NCBI GenBank assembly: GCA_965223865.1
Contig: OZ245020.1
Location: forward strand, 1,408,001 to 1,472,000
Direction: 5' to 3'
DNA length: 64,000 nucleotides
Source of the DNA: Nitrosarchaeum sp.
GTDB taxonomy: Archaea; Thermoproteota; Nitrososphaeria; Nitrososphaerales; Nitrosopumilaceae
Below, piece by piece: positions 37,369 to 47,608 of this stretch; positions within the stretch are counted from its first letter, which is position 1, and each line of letters opens with the position of its first letter. The translations under genes and the position numbers were made by a program. The notes beneath the pieces are model-generated. The model worked only from the letters and a program-made list of their open reading frames with translations. It was not told the DNA's origin and searched no databases.

Positions 37369-39523
37369 GAACTACCAACTCCCTCAACGAATTAATCCAT
37401 GTTTTTTGTGCCTTATCAACTCTTAGATCTATGATATTCTCTGAGTTCTTACTAAATGAGATATTCTTTCCACCAAACTTACCTATCGGATTAAAAGACA
37501 CGTTGTCTTTTTTTAGAATTTCTTTTAGTTTATCTAGATGATTTTTTTCTAAAACTAAAAGATATCTAGAGTGACTCTCAGAAAACAAAACTCTATCCAC
37601 ATCGAGTTTTGGTCCTGGAACATTTTCCAATAAAACATCACAGCCAATTTGGCTAGTCATGCAAAGCTCAGATACGGCAACTGCCAACCCTCCTTTAGAG
37701 CAATCATGAACATTTTTGAGAATTCCTTTTTTGATTATTTGTAAAACTGTATTCATATTCTTTTTTGATTCACTAAAATCAACAACTGGGCATTTTCCAC
37801 CAATAAACTTGTGGATATACTCAAAGTATTCAGAACCACCCATCTCATCTTTGGTATTTCCAATAATCACTAGAACGTCACCTTCAGAAATTTTTTGAGG
37901 AATTTGGGGTTTTTTTGTTAAACCCAAAACTCCAATTAGAGGAGTTGGTTTTATTGGACCTGAAGGGGTTTCGTTGTAAAGGCTTACCTTTCCACCAATG
38001 CATGGAATTTTGAAGTATTTTGCAAAGTCAGTCAATCCCTTGAGAGATTCTAAAAATGTCCAAAAGATTTCAGGGTCTTGTGGATTCCCAAATTGAAGAT
38101 GATCAAGCATTCCTATTGGTTTAGCTCCCGTACAGACAACATTTCTACATGCTTCCTCAAAACATCCTATTGCACCCTCTCGAGGGTTAAGAAAACAATG
38201 TTTTGGATTGCCGTCAATTTTTGCAGATAGAAATTTACCATTATCTAATCTCAAAACGGCTGAATCATTTCCAGGTTTTACTACAGTTCGAATTCCTACC
38301 TCATGATCATATTGTCCATAGACCCAGATTTTACTTGCAATATTTGGAGAAGCCAAAAATTTCATCATAATTTTAGAATAATTTGAAATTGGCTTGAGCT
38401 TTGTTTCTTTTTCTATAGTTTCAAGATATGCCGGTTTTTTTGAAGGTCTGTCTAATAGATCAGCGTTTGCAACAACATCTGTTGGAAGAGCAGCGTAAGT
38501 TTTTTTGCCTTTTTTTACATGCATTATACTATTTGATGTTACTGTACCAATAACTGAACAAACAATTCTGAATTTCTTGCATATTTCTTGAAGTTTTTTT
38601 AGTTTGGTCTTGTTTGTAACAATAAGCATTCTTTCTTGAGATTCAGATATCATAATTTCCTCTGGATGCATTCCAGGTTCTCGCGTATGCACCTTATCAA
38701 CATCCATTTCGATGCCAACAGATAACGCATCTGCAGTTTCAGAAACTGCACAAGATAATCCACCTCCTCCAAGATCTTTCATGGCATTTATGAGATTATG
38801 ATTTCTTGCCTCTAAAATTGCCTCTATGATTAATTTTTCAATAAAAGGATCAGGTATTTGAACAGCAGATCTATCCTCTGACTCTAAAGAGTCAGAGGCA
38901 AATTGTGAACCACCAATTCCATCCCTTCCTGTTGAACCACCAATTAAAACTACAAGATCACCCTTGTTAGCATGGTTTTTTATCAAATTTTCTTTTTTAC
39001 CAAATCCTATTGATGCAACATCAACAAGAGCATAGTTTGTATAGCATTTATCAAACTCTACTTCACCACCTATTGTTGGGATACCTAAACAATTTCCATA
39101 ATCTGCAATTCCAGTAACAGCATTTTTGAAGAGCCATCTTGCCTGTTGATCTTTTTCAATATCCCCAAATCTCAAGCCATCAAATAATGCAATAGGTCGG
39201 GTCCCGGCAGATAAGATATCACGAATTACTCCTCCAACACCTGTTGCAGCCCCACCATACGGTTCTACTGCAGAGGGGTGATTATGACTTTCAATGTGTG
39301 CAGTTACGACATAACCATCCCCGACGTCTAAGACACCTGAATCATATCCTTTTTCAGATATTACCAAAGGTCCTTTCATAGGTAGCATTTTGAGGTGCTT
39401 CTTTGATGATTTGTATGAGCAGTGTTCAGACCATTCAGCTGCTACAATGTGTAACTCTGTTGATGTAGGTTTTCGTCCAATCTTTGATGTAAGATCTTCG
39501 AGTTCTTGTCGCTCTAAACTCAA
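37361..39523 (-). CDS. purL: FGAM synthase subunit PurL
   Basis: WSEHCSYK, ESHNHPS, GAATGVGG, SESQERM. Confidence 0.97.
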   Translation of the reverse strand: MSLERQELEDLTSKIGRKPTSTELHIVAAEWSEHCSYKSSKKHLKMLPMKGPLVISEKGYDSGVLDVGDGYVVTAHIESHNHPSAVEPYGGAATGVGGVIRDILSAGTRPIALFDGLRFGDIEKDQQARWLFKNAVTGIADYGNCLGIPTIGGEVEFDKCYTNYALVDVASIGFGKKENLIKNHANKGDLVVLIGGSTGRDGIGGSQFASDSLESEDRSAVQIPDPFIEKLIIEAILEARNHNLINAMKDLGGGGLSCAVSETADALSVGIEMDVDKVHTREPGMHPEEIMISESQERMLIVTNKTKLKKLQEICKKFRIVCSVIGTVTSNSIMHVKKGKKTYAALPTDVVANADLLDRPSKKPAYLETIEKETKLKPISNYSKIMMKFLASPNIASKIWVYGQYDHEVGIRTVVKPGNDSAVLRLDNGKFLSAKIDGNPKHCFLNPREGAIGCFEEACRNVVCTGAKPIGMLDHLQFGNPQDPEIFWTFLESLKGLTDFAKYFKIPCIGGKVSLYNETPSGPIKPTPLIGVLGLTKKPQIPQKISEGDVLVIIGNTKDEMGGSEYFEYIHKFIGGKCPVVDFSESKKNMNTVLQIIKKGILKNVHDCSKGGLAVAVSELCMTSQIGCDVLLENVPGPKLDVDRVLFSESHSRYLLVLEKNHLDKLKEILKKDNVSFNPIGKFGGKNISFSKNSENIIDLRVDKAQKTWINSLRELVVHG

Positions 39524-40200
39524 TTTTCAACACCAATAGTGCTTAGAAGAGATTTAAAAATTAGAGAAGATGGTTTGTTATCAATTGGATTGATTTCTGA
39601 TTCTACTGCTCTTTCGGGATGAGGCATCATTCCAACTATGTTATAATCTTCATTACATACACCTGCAATATTATACGAAGATCCATTTACCACCTCAGCA
39701 TATCTAAAAACAATTTGATTGTTTTTCTTTATCTTTTCAAGGACAGATTCATCAACATAATATCTCCCCTCTCCATTTGCAATGGGAATTGGAATTTTTT
39801 GACCTAAAGTAAATTGATTTGTAAAAGGAGTTTTGTTATTTTCTACTATCAAATTCGTCCATTCACACATAAAATTAAGTGATGTATTTTTGAGCAAAAC
39901 TCCAGGCAGCAATCCTGCCTCTACAAGAATTTGAAATCCATTACATACACCCAAAATAGGAATGCCTTTTTCTGCTAATTTTTTTACGTCTTTAATAACA
40001 GGACTATGTGCGGCAATGACACCTGCTCTTAATCTATCACCATAAGAAAATCCTCCAGGTAAAATTATCGCATCAATATTTTTTGGCAGACCTTTTTCAT
40101 GCCAAAAATATTGAGTATTCAAATTAAAGACATCTGTTAAAACATGATACATGTCTCGATCACAGTTACTGCCAGGAAAAACAACGACTCCAATCTTCAC
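39520..40200 (-). CDS. purQ: FGAM synthase glutaminase subunit PurQ
   Basis: FPGSNCD, PGGFSYGD, GVCNGFQ, MPHPER. Confidence 0.97.
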   Translation of the reverse strand: MKIGVVVFPGSNCDRDMYHVLTDVFNLNTQYFWHEKGLPKNIDAIILPGGFSYGDRLRAGVIAAHSPVIKDVKKLAEKGIPILGVCNGFQILVEAGLLPGVLLKNTSLNFMCEWTNLIVENNKTPFTNQFTLGQKIPIPIANGEGRYYVDESVLEKIKKNNQIVFRYAEVVNGSSYNIAGVCNEDYNIVGMMPHPERAVESEINPIDNKPSSLIFKSLLSTIGVEN

Positions 40201-40275
40201 ATTTGTTTTTACTCAAGGAGATATTTAATTTGAATCCAGCCAAATGAATTTATGTGAAGAATTCCCTTGATCGCC

Positions 40276-40698
40276 ATGGCACATATACGTGACATTATGG
40301 AAAAAAATGTTGTAACAATAGAACATGAAAAAAATGCACTTGATGCTGCCAAATTACTAAAAGAAAAAGAGATCAGTTTTTTGGTCATAATTAAGGATAA
40401 TAGTCCAATAGGAATTGTTTCGGAGAGAGATTTTGTAAAAAAAGTTGTTGCAGAAGATAAGGTAGCATCAACAATGTCCCTTGAAAGCATAATGTCAAAA
40501 AAATTTAGATGGGTACAGCCAGATAGTAAAATTGAAGATGCGGTACAAAAAATGCTAAACAATAACATTCGAAGATTACTAGTTTTAGAAAAGGAGAAAC
40601 TTGTTGGAGTGATTACTCAAACGGATCTTACCAGCTTTCTCAGAAGTAAACTGCTGATTAATGGAACAATTGAGAATATAGAAGAAGAAAATTCTTAG
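40276..40698 (+). CDS. CBS-pair protein
   Basis: GIVSERD, GVITQTD. Confidence 0.9.
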   Translation: MAHIRDIMEKNVVTIEHEKNALDAAKLLKEKEISFLVIIKDNSPIGIVSERDFVKKVVAEDKVASTMSLESIMSKKFRWVQPDSKIEDAVQKMLNNNIRRLLVLEKEKLVGVITQTDLTSFLRSKLLINGTIENIEEENS

Positions 40699-40955
40699 AC
40701 CTCAAAAACATCTATTGTTACCTTGCTGACCATAGGATTGTAAATCCTCAATTCATCACAAATTTCCTGAACCCTTTGTTTAGCTGTTTTGATACTTTTT
40801 TCCTTTATAGTAAACTTTAGCATTTTAGCAGTTTTGATTTTTGATATTGTAGAATTGGTACCTTTCAAAACAAGGTCATTTAGAATTGTGTCTCCTTCTG
40901 GATCACTAATTCCGGGTTTGTTTTCAATAATTACATGAACATCATAGGTAGCCAT
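40695..40955 (-). CDS. purS: FGAM synthase subunit PurS
   Basis: K.GI.DPEG..I, NP; near purQL. Confidence 0.9.
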   Translation of the reverse strand: MATYDVHVIIENKPGISDPEGDTILNDLVLKGTNSTISKIKTAKMLKFTIKEKSIKTAKQRVQEICDELRIYNPMVSKVTIDVFEV

Positions 40956-41036
40956 GAGTATTTTTGAAATTCAAAGTGAGGTTAATCTATCTTCCGACCA
41001 GAATTGTGCTTTTATACTAAAAATAAAAAAGAAATC

Positions 41037-41096
41037 AGATACCCGATTCTGAGGACTTGTGTTGTTGTTAGGCAAATAACCCAGAATCGGTTATCT
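41037..41096 (+). ncRNA. Candidate hairpin sRNA or 3' hairpin
   Basis: AGATA-C-CCGATTCTG ... CAGAATCGG-T-TATCT; TTTATA at 41011. Confidence 0.35.
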
Positions 41097-41488
41097 TAAT
41101 CATTTTTAGTTTTGAAATTATTTTTGACATATTCTGTGTACTTTCTGTAAAGTCCAGATTCATAATTAGGATTCTGAGTTATTAGAGATTTTTTAATCAA
41201 GTCTTCTTTTGAATGAAGCATGTTTTTTTCAAAAATGCCCTTATTGTCTAATACAATACAAAGGTCTTGCCAAAGTGATACTTCATTTGGATTTCTATTT
41301 GCAGTAGCATAGTAAACATAAAGTAATCTTAATTTATTGTATTCATCAAGATTCAAATCTTTTCCAAGAAGATACTTTCTTCGTAATTTCTGAAAAAATA
41401 TCAATCCCTCTTTTGTCAGAACATAATCAAATAGTTTAGGATAGTCATCAATGTCTATTGGGTGTAATGGATTTTGAGAAACCAACAC
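41096..41488 (-). CDS. Hypothetical protein
   Basis: 130-aa ORF. Confidence 0.7.
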   Translation of the reverse strand: MLVSQNPLHPIDIDDYPKLFDYVLTKEGLIFFQKLRRKYLLGKDLNLDEYNKLRLLYVYYATANRNPNEVSLWQDLCIVLDNKGIFEKNMLHSKEDLIKKSLITQNPNYESGLYRKYTEYVKNNFKTKND

Positions 41489-41744
41489 TCTAGATTATTT
41501 TTATCTAGTTTTTTATTTTATGATTTGAATTTTGTATTTTCATTAGAAATAAAATTCAACGTATGAAAAGATGATGGATAGAAAGGGACGGCTATATCTA
41601 CATGAAGATATATTTTTTCATATTTGTTTAATCTAGGGAACAGAAAATATAAGTTATTGAATTTCAGATGAGATTTAGCCTTAAAAGAGAACAAAGTCAC
41701 CCTAAACATTGGAATTTATATCTCATTTATACTGTAATTAATCA

Positions 41745-42209
41745 TTGGCAAGATCAAGGTATTGGAAAATAACACCAGATGAGATGGATAAGTTTTCCTA
41801 CAAAGAGGATAAATTACTCAACTGGGAAATCAAGTGTGTAAGAGAACCTGAATCTGAGGCCATGTTTATCGGTGTTTTCCAGTATAGAGGAGGCACACCG
41901 TATGACTATGAATCCATTAAAGGGATTACATATTATCACAACAATATATCTAGGAAGGAATTACCCTCAATTACTAAATTTCTTCAAGATAAATTCAATG
42001 GAAAAGAAATGGAAAAAGGAGAGCGCATATTCCTTAAAGACTCAAAAGAAATCTATTCCCCAAAAGATTTGGCAAATTTAGCAAGAGATTTGGAGCAGAA
42101 ATTTAGCACAAAGGCCATCATATCGCTAGAATTTGGAGATATAAATCAAGAAGAACTAAAAGAGTCTGGCCTGCCTGAAGCAAAACTATTACCAATTCCC
42201 GGCAAATAG
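41745..42209 (+). CDS. Hypothetical protein
   Basis: 154-aa ORF upstream of tatC. Confidence 0.75.
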   Translation: MARSRYWKITPDEMDKFSYKEDKLLNWEIKCVREPESEAMFIGVFQYRGGTPYDYESIKGITYYHNNISRKELPSITKFLQDKFNGKEMEKGERIFLKDSKEIYSPKDLANLARDLEQKFSTKAIISLEFGDINQEELKESGLPEAKLLPIPGK

Positions 42210-42237
42210 ATAAGGTAGTTTACGATATAGAATTCAG

Positions 42238-43029
42238 ATGTCAGAGATTCAAGAAATCAATCATCATCTAAATGAATTAAGGAAGAGAGTTTTACGAATT
42301 GTTTTAGCAATAGGGATAATCACAGTATTTCTTTTAACATTTCATGCAGAACCTTTCCAAATTAATGGTGTTGTGTTTTATTATCCAACTCCAGAACCAT
42401 TAGACAACATTGCAGCGCAAATTACAAACCACATGAAAGATAATCTTGTTCCTGAAGACGTACAATTAATTCAAACTGCACCAGGTCAAGCATTTTTTGC
42501 TCAAGTATACATTGCAGCACTTGTAGGTATTGTTGTCAGCATGCCAGTTATCATTAAAGAATTAGTAGGATTCATCAAGCCAGCATTAAAAGAAAATGAA
42601 ATCAATGTTAGTAGAACCATTTCTTTGCCTGCGTTAGGCTTGTTCATAGCAGGATGTGTATTTTCATATAATCTGGTAATTCCATACCTCTTGGAATTTC
42701 TTTACAGATATGGAGAATCTGCAGGATTAGTAACATTTCTTAATGTCATTGATTTTGTAACATTTGTATTACAATTTTTGTTGGCCTTTGGATTATCATT
42801 TCAACTTCCACTTGTAATGTATGCAATTACTGGTGCAGGGATGACAGATACTGACTTTTGGCGAAAGAATATCAGATATGCAATTATTGCAATTGTGATC
42901 TTCGGAGCTGTAATCACACCGGATGGTAGCGGTGTTACAATGTGGTTTATTGCTGGCCCCATGATTGCATTATATGTTGCAGGCATGACAATAATTGAGC
43001 GTCAAAAGAACAAAAAATTGAACACTTAA
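42238..43029 (+). CDS. tatC: Twin-arginine translocase TatC
   Basis: HL.ELRKR, P.L..NE, FGLSFQLP, ITPD. Confidence 0.93.
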   Translation: MSEIQEINHHLNELRKRVLRIVLAIGIITVFLLTFHAEPFQINGVVFYYPTPEPLDNIAAQITNHMKDNLVPEDVQLIQTAPGQAFFAQVYIAALVGIVVSMPVIIKELVGFIKPALKENEINVSRTISLPALGLFIAGCVFSYNLVIPYLLEFLYRYGESAGLVTFLNVIDFVTFVLQFLLAFGLSFQLPLVMYAITGAGMTDTDFWRKNIRYAIIAIVIFGAVITPDGSGVTMWFIAGPMIALYVAGMTIIERQKNKKLNT

Positions 43030-43056
43030 ATCTAAAATAGGTCAATACAAAGTAGA

Positions 43057-43263
43057 ATGTTTGGAATGAATATTGCCAATTTTATTGCAGGTCAAGAGTG
43101 GATTTTCATAATAATTATTGCAGTGGTATTCATTTTTGGAGCAAAGAAGATTCCAGAATTAGCAAAAACTTTCGGTAAAGCTAAAGGCGAATTTGAGAAA
43201 GGAAAGATCGAAGGTGAAAAAGAACTAAAAGACTTTAAAGATAAGGAAGTAAAATCAGACTAG
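43057..43263 (+). CDS. tatA: Twin-arginine translocase TatA
   Basis: FGAKKIPELAK..G.A..EF. Confidence 0.93.
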   Translation: MFGMNIANFIAGQEWIFIIIIAVVFIFGAKKIPELAKTFGKAKGEFEKGKIEGEKELKDFKDKEVKSD

Positions 43264-43688
43264 ATTTCTGCAACTTTTACAAATTCATCGACAATTTTAG
43301 AATAATTATTTTCAATCTTATTTTTTCCTAGCAGATTTGAAATTTTCATGTTTCCCTTTAGTTTAAAATCAACTTCCACTAGCATTTTTGTTCCAGTAGG
43401 AATTTGCTCGAATTTCTCTACAATATGAGTTCCTTTGGCATGTCCTCCAATTACAAAAATCTCATGTAAATGAGGTTCCTGAATTACATGCTTTGTCATC
43501 ATTACTAATTCTTTATTTCCTAGAACCATATGCTCTTCAACCACCGATACATCATTTCTTGTAGAAAGAATTCTTACTGAGGGGAAGTACTGAGGAAGTA
43601 ATTTCTGATATTTTTCATAATCTTTTACAATATCAAAAAATTTTTGTCTTGGAGAATTTACTAATTTTTCAAAACTAAATCTAGGCAA
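43260..43688 (-). CDS. SRPBCC/START (polyketide cyclase-like) protein
   Basis: P...F.IV.DYE.Y...LP. Confidence 0.8.
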   Translation of the reverse strand: MPRFSFEKLVNSPRQKFFDIVKDYEKYQKLLPQYFPSVRILSTRNDVSVVEEHMVLGNKELVMMTKHVIQEPHLHEIFVIGGHAKGTHIVEKFEQIPTGTKMLVEVDFKLKGNMKISNLLGKNKIENNYSKIVDEFVKVAEI

Positions 43689-43691
43689 TAA

Positions 43692-44249
43692 TTAGAAAGT
43701 GCCCCAACGTGGGTATAAATTGTGCTCCAAATCAAATTGATCAAGGCACTTTCCTACACCGTGGTTTATAATATCATCAATTGATTTGGGTTTTGTATAA
43801 AATTCTGTAACAGGCGGTAATATTACAACACCGATTCTTGATAACTTTAACATATTTTCAAGATGAATTGCAGAAAAAGGTGTTTCTCGTACCATTAAAA
43901 TTAATTTTCTATTTTCTTTTATCGTAACACCTGCAGCTCTTGCAACAAGTGTATCATCATAACCATTAGCGATTGCAGAAAGTGTTTTCATACTGCATGG
44001 TGCAACAATCATCCCATCAACTTTGTGAGTACCACTTGACACACTTGATGCCATATTTCTTTCATCAGAAATGCTTGTTGCAAGTGACTTTACATAATCA
44101 ATTGTATGATCAGTTTCCATATCAACACATTTTGATCCCCAGTTAGACATTACAAGATGGGTTTCAACATTTAATTTTTTTAAAACCTCAAGCAGTCTAA
44201 TCCCATAAATAACACCAGTACTGCCTGTAATTCCAACAATCAGTCTCAC
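43692..44249 (-). CDS. ubiX: Flavin prenyltransferase
   Basis: GITGSTG..YG, SSG, APCSMKTL, RAA.V..KE.R, RETP. Confidence 0.93.
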   Translation of the reverse strand: MRLIVGITGSTGVIYGIRLLEVLKKLNVETHLVMSNWGSKCVDMETDHTIDYVKSLATSISDERNMASSVSSGTHKVDGMIVAPCSMKTLSAIANGYDDTLVARAAGVTIKENRKLILMVRETPFSAIHLENMLKLSRIGVVILPPVTEFYTKPKSIDDIINHGVGKCLDQFDLEHNLYPRWGTF

Positions 44250-44313
44250 AAATAAACTCAAGAGTCAATGGTATTTTATCTATTTGACAGAGGTTCTAAT
44301 TTGGCACTAGTGT

Positions 44314-44457
44314 TTACAGATTGGTAGGCTCATCTTTTTGTGCCTTATCAAATTCTTGGCGGTCTTTTCGTCTTTTGAGCCATAATGAAAAACCTCCAAT
44401 TGCCATAGCAGTTAACAAGATAACACCTGCCATTTGCAATTCAAAATAGTACAGCAT
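44314..44457 (-). CDS. 47-aa single-TM microprotein (not in ORF track)
   Basis: MLYYFELQMAGVILLTAMAIGGFSLWLKRRKD... Confidence 0.55.
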   Translation of the reverse strand: MLYYFELQMAGVILLTAMAIGGFSLWLKRRKDRQEFDKAQKDEPTNL

Positions 44458-44553
44458 AGAAACTACATGATTTCTTTTAAAAAAAATCTTTGGGTAAATG
44501 CCGATCCAATTTTTAAAAATTAGCTATATTAGATCCTAGTTTCTAGCCAGTAT

Positions 44554-45645
44554 GTGATAAAGAGTTCTGAGATCAAAAAAATTGTTAATGATTATTCAGA
44601 TGTGAGAATAGGAGTACTTGGAAGTCATTCAGCACTTGAGGTTATGGATGGTGCAAAAGAAGAGAATTTTCAGACTACTGTTTATTGTCAAAAGGGAAGA
44701 GAAGGACCATATCAAAGATTTGGAAGGATAGCTGATGAGATTGTTGTATTAAATAAATTCAAAGAAATGACATCTCCAAAAATTCAAAAGAAACTTAGAG
44801 ATTCTAATACAATTGTAGTTCCACATAGATCGCTTACAGTTTATCTAGGATACAAAGCACTTGAAAATTCATTTAAAGTACCAATTTTTGGAAATAGAAA
44901 ATTATTTCAAGCCGAAGAAAGAACAGCAAAACGTAATCAATATTATCTCCTTGAAAAGGCTCGAATAAAATTTCCAAAATTATTCAAAGACCCAAAAAAT
45001 ATCAATAAACCGTGCATTGTAAAAGTTCAAGAAAAAAACAGACCGCTTGAGAGAGCATTTTTTACAGTATCCTCATTTAAAGATTATAAAGAAAAATCAG
45101 AGTCCAAAATTAAACAAGGTCTCATTTCAAGAAAAGACCTAGAAAAAGCAAGTATAGAAGAATTAGCAATTGGAACATACATGAATTTTAATTTCTTTCA
45201 CACACCAATTTCAGATCATGTTGATTTTATTGGAATAGAAAGACGACTTCAAACAAATGTTCATGATTATAATGCCCTTCCAGCCAGGCAACAGATGGAT
45301 ATTGATATTGATTTACAAAATATAGAGGTAGGACATACTCCTGCAAGTATTAGAGAGTCTTTGTTAGAAAGGGTCTTCAAGATGGGAGACAAATTTGTTG
45401 CCGCAGTAAAAAAAGAATATGCACCGGGAATTATAGGACCTTTTTCACTTCAAAGTGTAATAACAAAAGATTTGGAGTTGGTGGTATATGATGTATCCTT
45501 GAGAGTTCCTGGAAACCCAATAGTTGCCACTACTAGTCCATATACAAAATACCAATACGGAACAACATTTGGAGTGGGTAGAAGAATTGCAATGGAAATC
45601 AAACGTGCAGAAGATGAAGAACGTTTAGATGAGATTGTTACCTAA
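44554..45645 (+). CDS. purP: Formate-dependent AICAR transformylase (PurP family, ATP-grasp)
   Basis: GSHSAL, PIFGNR, GH.P.SIRESLL, PG.IGPF.LQ, GRRIA.EI. Confidence 0.9.
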   Translation: MIKSSEIKKIVNDYSDVRIGVLGSHSALEVMDGAKEENFQTTVYCQKGREGPYQRFGRIADEIVVLNKFKEMTSPKIQKKLRDSNTIVVPHRSLTVYLGYKALENSFKVPIFGNRKLFQAEERTAKRNQYYLLEKARIKFPKLFKDPKNINKPCIVKVQEKNRPLERAFFTVSSFKDYKEKSESKIKQGLISRKDLEKASIEELAIGTYMNFNFFHTPISDHVDFIGIERRLQTNVHDYNALPARQQMDIDIDLQNIEVGHTPASIRESLLERVFKMGDKFVAAVKKEYAPGIIGPFSLQSVITKDLELVVYDVSLRVPGNPIVATTSPYTKYQYGTTFGVGRRIAMEIKRAEDEERLDEIVT

Positions 45646-45827
45646 CCAAAAAAACATTTTTATCAAATCTTGATTTAGAATTTTGTTAATTGGCTAGATT
45701 AGGAAATATAAAGAATACCTAACGTTTTGTTTCAAATAATTAAACGGTTTGATGTTTGAAATGGAATTGCTGTATGCCAATTAACAAATATGCAAACTCT
45801 TTTTTGGATTAATTTTTTATCTCTTTC

Positions 45828-46088
45828 ATGTCAAGAACAGTATTCATTCGTGAAATTATTTTAGCGCCTAAAGAACCAAAACTATGTCCCAATTGTGAAA
45901 AGTATGATAGATTAGAAAAAGATATTGTTTTTGAAAGAAGATCAGATGGAAAAACCATTATTTGCACAAGATGTGAGGCTTTGATGGTCATAACAAACCA
46001 GAATCTAAAAAAAGTAGAGTTAGAAGGGTCAAGAGATTATTCAATTATGCTAAAAGAACCACATCTGATTCGAAAAATAACGTATTAG
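45828..46088 (+). CDS. Small zinc-ribbon protein
   Basis: CPNC...CTRC. Confidence 0.7.
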   Translation: MSRTVFIREIILAPKEPKLCPNCEKYDRLEKDIVFERRSDGKTIICTRCEALMVITNQNLKKVELEGSRDYSIMLKEPHLIRKITY

Positions 46089-46435
46089 TTTAATCCTTCA
46101 ATAGGATAATTCTAATTAGGGTAATTTCGGTCTTCAGATTTGTACTAGTTCTTCTTACATGTTTGTTGTTTAGCAAAATGAGATTTCTGAATAATTTGAT
46201 ATGCCGTATTTTGGTACATATGATTTAATTTTACTATAAAATGCCAAGATCACAGGATAAAAGTTAGGTTAGAAAAATTATTGAATTTGGAAACTCAATA
46301 TATCACAAGATGTAATCATAATTGCTGATGATTAATCAAAAAGCTATGTCTGAGGGTTGATGAGTTTGCCGAATTATGAAGCATTATAAAATTAATATTG
46401 AAAAAATCTACATATTAGAAAAATCTAATTTTAAT

Positions 46436-46999
46436 ATGAAGTGTGTTGAAGACAAGATTCTAAATGCAAAAAAATTTGCACGTGAAAAGCACAAAAATCA
46501 AACAAAAAGAGATGGAAGTACTTCATTAATTGATCATTTGGAAGGAGTAGTATTCAGACTAAAGAATTTAGGAATAATAGATACGGATGTAATTTCAGCT
46601 GCATGGCTTCATGACATACTTGAAAAAACAGATGTGACTTTGGATGAAATTATTCAAAGATTTGGAAGAGAAACATCCACAATGGTACTTTCACTTTCAA
46701 AGAACCATAATCTGTCAAGAAAAGAAAGAGAAAATCAATACATCAAACAATTACGAGGTGCAACAATAGAGGCAAAAATTATCAAATTATGCGACATATC
46801 ATCTAATATCAAAGATTTACCAAATGCACCTTTATCAAAAACACAAAAAAATAAAAAAATTCGAAGAGTTTTGTACTACCTAAGAGTAATTAAAAATGAT
46901 ATATCTGAAGAAAAAGAAAATTATCCTAGAATTCAAGAAATTGTAGATGGTATAAATTCAGTAGCAATAAAATTCAAACAACAACCAATTTCAATTTAA
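46436..46999 (+). CDS. HD-domain protein, Mesh1/SpoT hydrolase-like
   Basis: FA...H..Q..R.G, H...V, AA.LHD..E.T, IKL.D...N. Confidence 0.8.
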   Translation: MKCVEDKILNAKKFAREKHKNQTKRDGSTSLIDHLEGVVFRLKNLGIIDTDVISAAWLHDILEKTDVTLDEIIQRFGRETSTMVLSLSKNHNLSRKERENQYIKQLRGATIEAKIIKLCDISSNIKDLPNAPLSKTQKNKKIRRVLYYLRVIKNDISEEKENYPRIQEIVDGINSVAIKFKQQPISI

Positions 47000-47120
47000 T
47001 ATAATAATTAAATTCTTTTCTTAGAATTTCAGTATAAGGTATGTATGTTATATAATAAATTACAGAGAGCAATTTTTTTAAATATAAAAATAATACAATC
47101 TTGAAATAATCAATATTATC

Positions 47121-47330
47121 ATGAGCAAACTTCCAGAAAGATTTCCAGAATATTCTATAATGTATAAAATTTTAACAAAAAAAATTAAGGATTTAGAATT
47201 AAAAATAAAATCTGGTTCTTCAGAAGAAAGTATAGACATGCAAAGAAAAATTAAAAATTTTAAACAAGAAAGACAAAAAATTAAAGAAATGTTTCCTGAA
47301 AATTTTTTTGAAAATTTAGAATCTAAATAA
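47121..47330 (+). CDS. Small coiled-coil protein (paralog of 52912-53136)
   Basis: Y..L.K.IK.LE...I..MFP. Confidence 0.65.
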   Translation: MSKLPERFPEYSIMYKILTKKIKDLELKIKSGSSEESIDMQRKIKNFKQERQKIKEMFPENFFENLESK

Positions 47331-47341
47331 GAAATTAATTA

Positions 47342-47560
47342 TTAGTTATGTTGATGGTCATGACCACAATCGCATTGATGCTGGTGATCACCAAATGACA
47401 TTAATTTTTCTACCATTTCATCACGAATTTTAAGTAAATCCCCAACTTGTTGTTTTAGTGTTCCTGAATCCCAATTTCCCTCATGTAAAGCCCTTACAGC
47501 GTCAATGATTTCAAGATCTACATTGAGTAGATTATCCATGAGTTGTTCTTGTTCATTCAT
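47342..47560 (-). CDS. Small protein with His/Cys-rich tail
   Basis: C-terminal HQHQCDCGHDHQHN. Confidence 0.75.
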   Translation of the reverse strand: MNEQEQLMDNLLNVDLEIIDAVRALHEGNWDSGTLKQQVGDLLKIRDEMVEKLMSFGDHQHQCDCGHDHQHN

Positions 47561-47608
47561 AATAATTTACAAATAAACTGTGAAAAAAACCATTCTAATC
47601 AGAGTAAA

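Noticed and set aside
44301-44316. TTGGCACTAG/CACTAGTG near ubiX as a regulon box
   Set aside because: Spacing to a start codon does not fit the 57-58 bp rule in either orientation.
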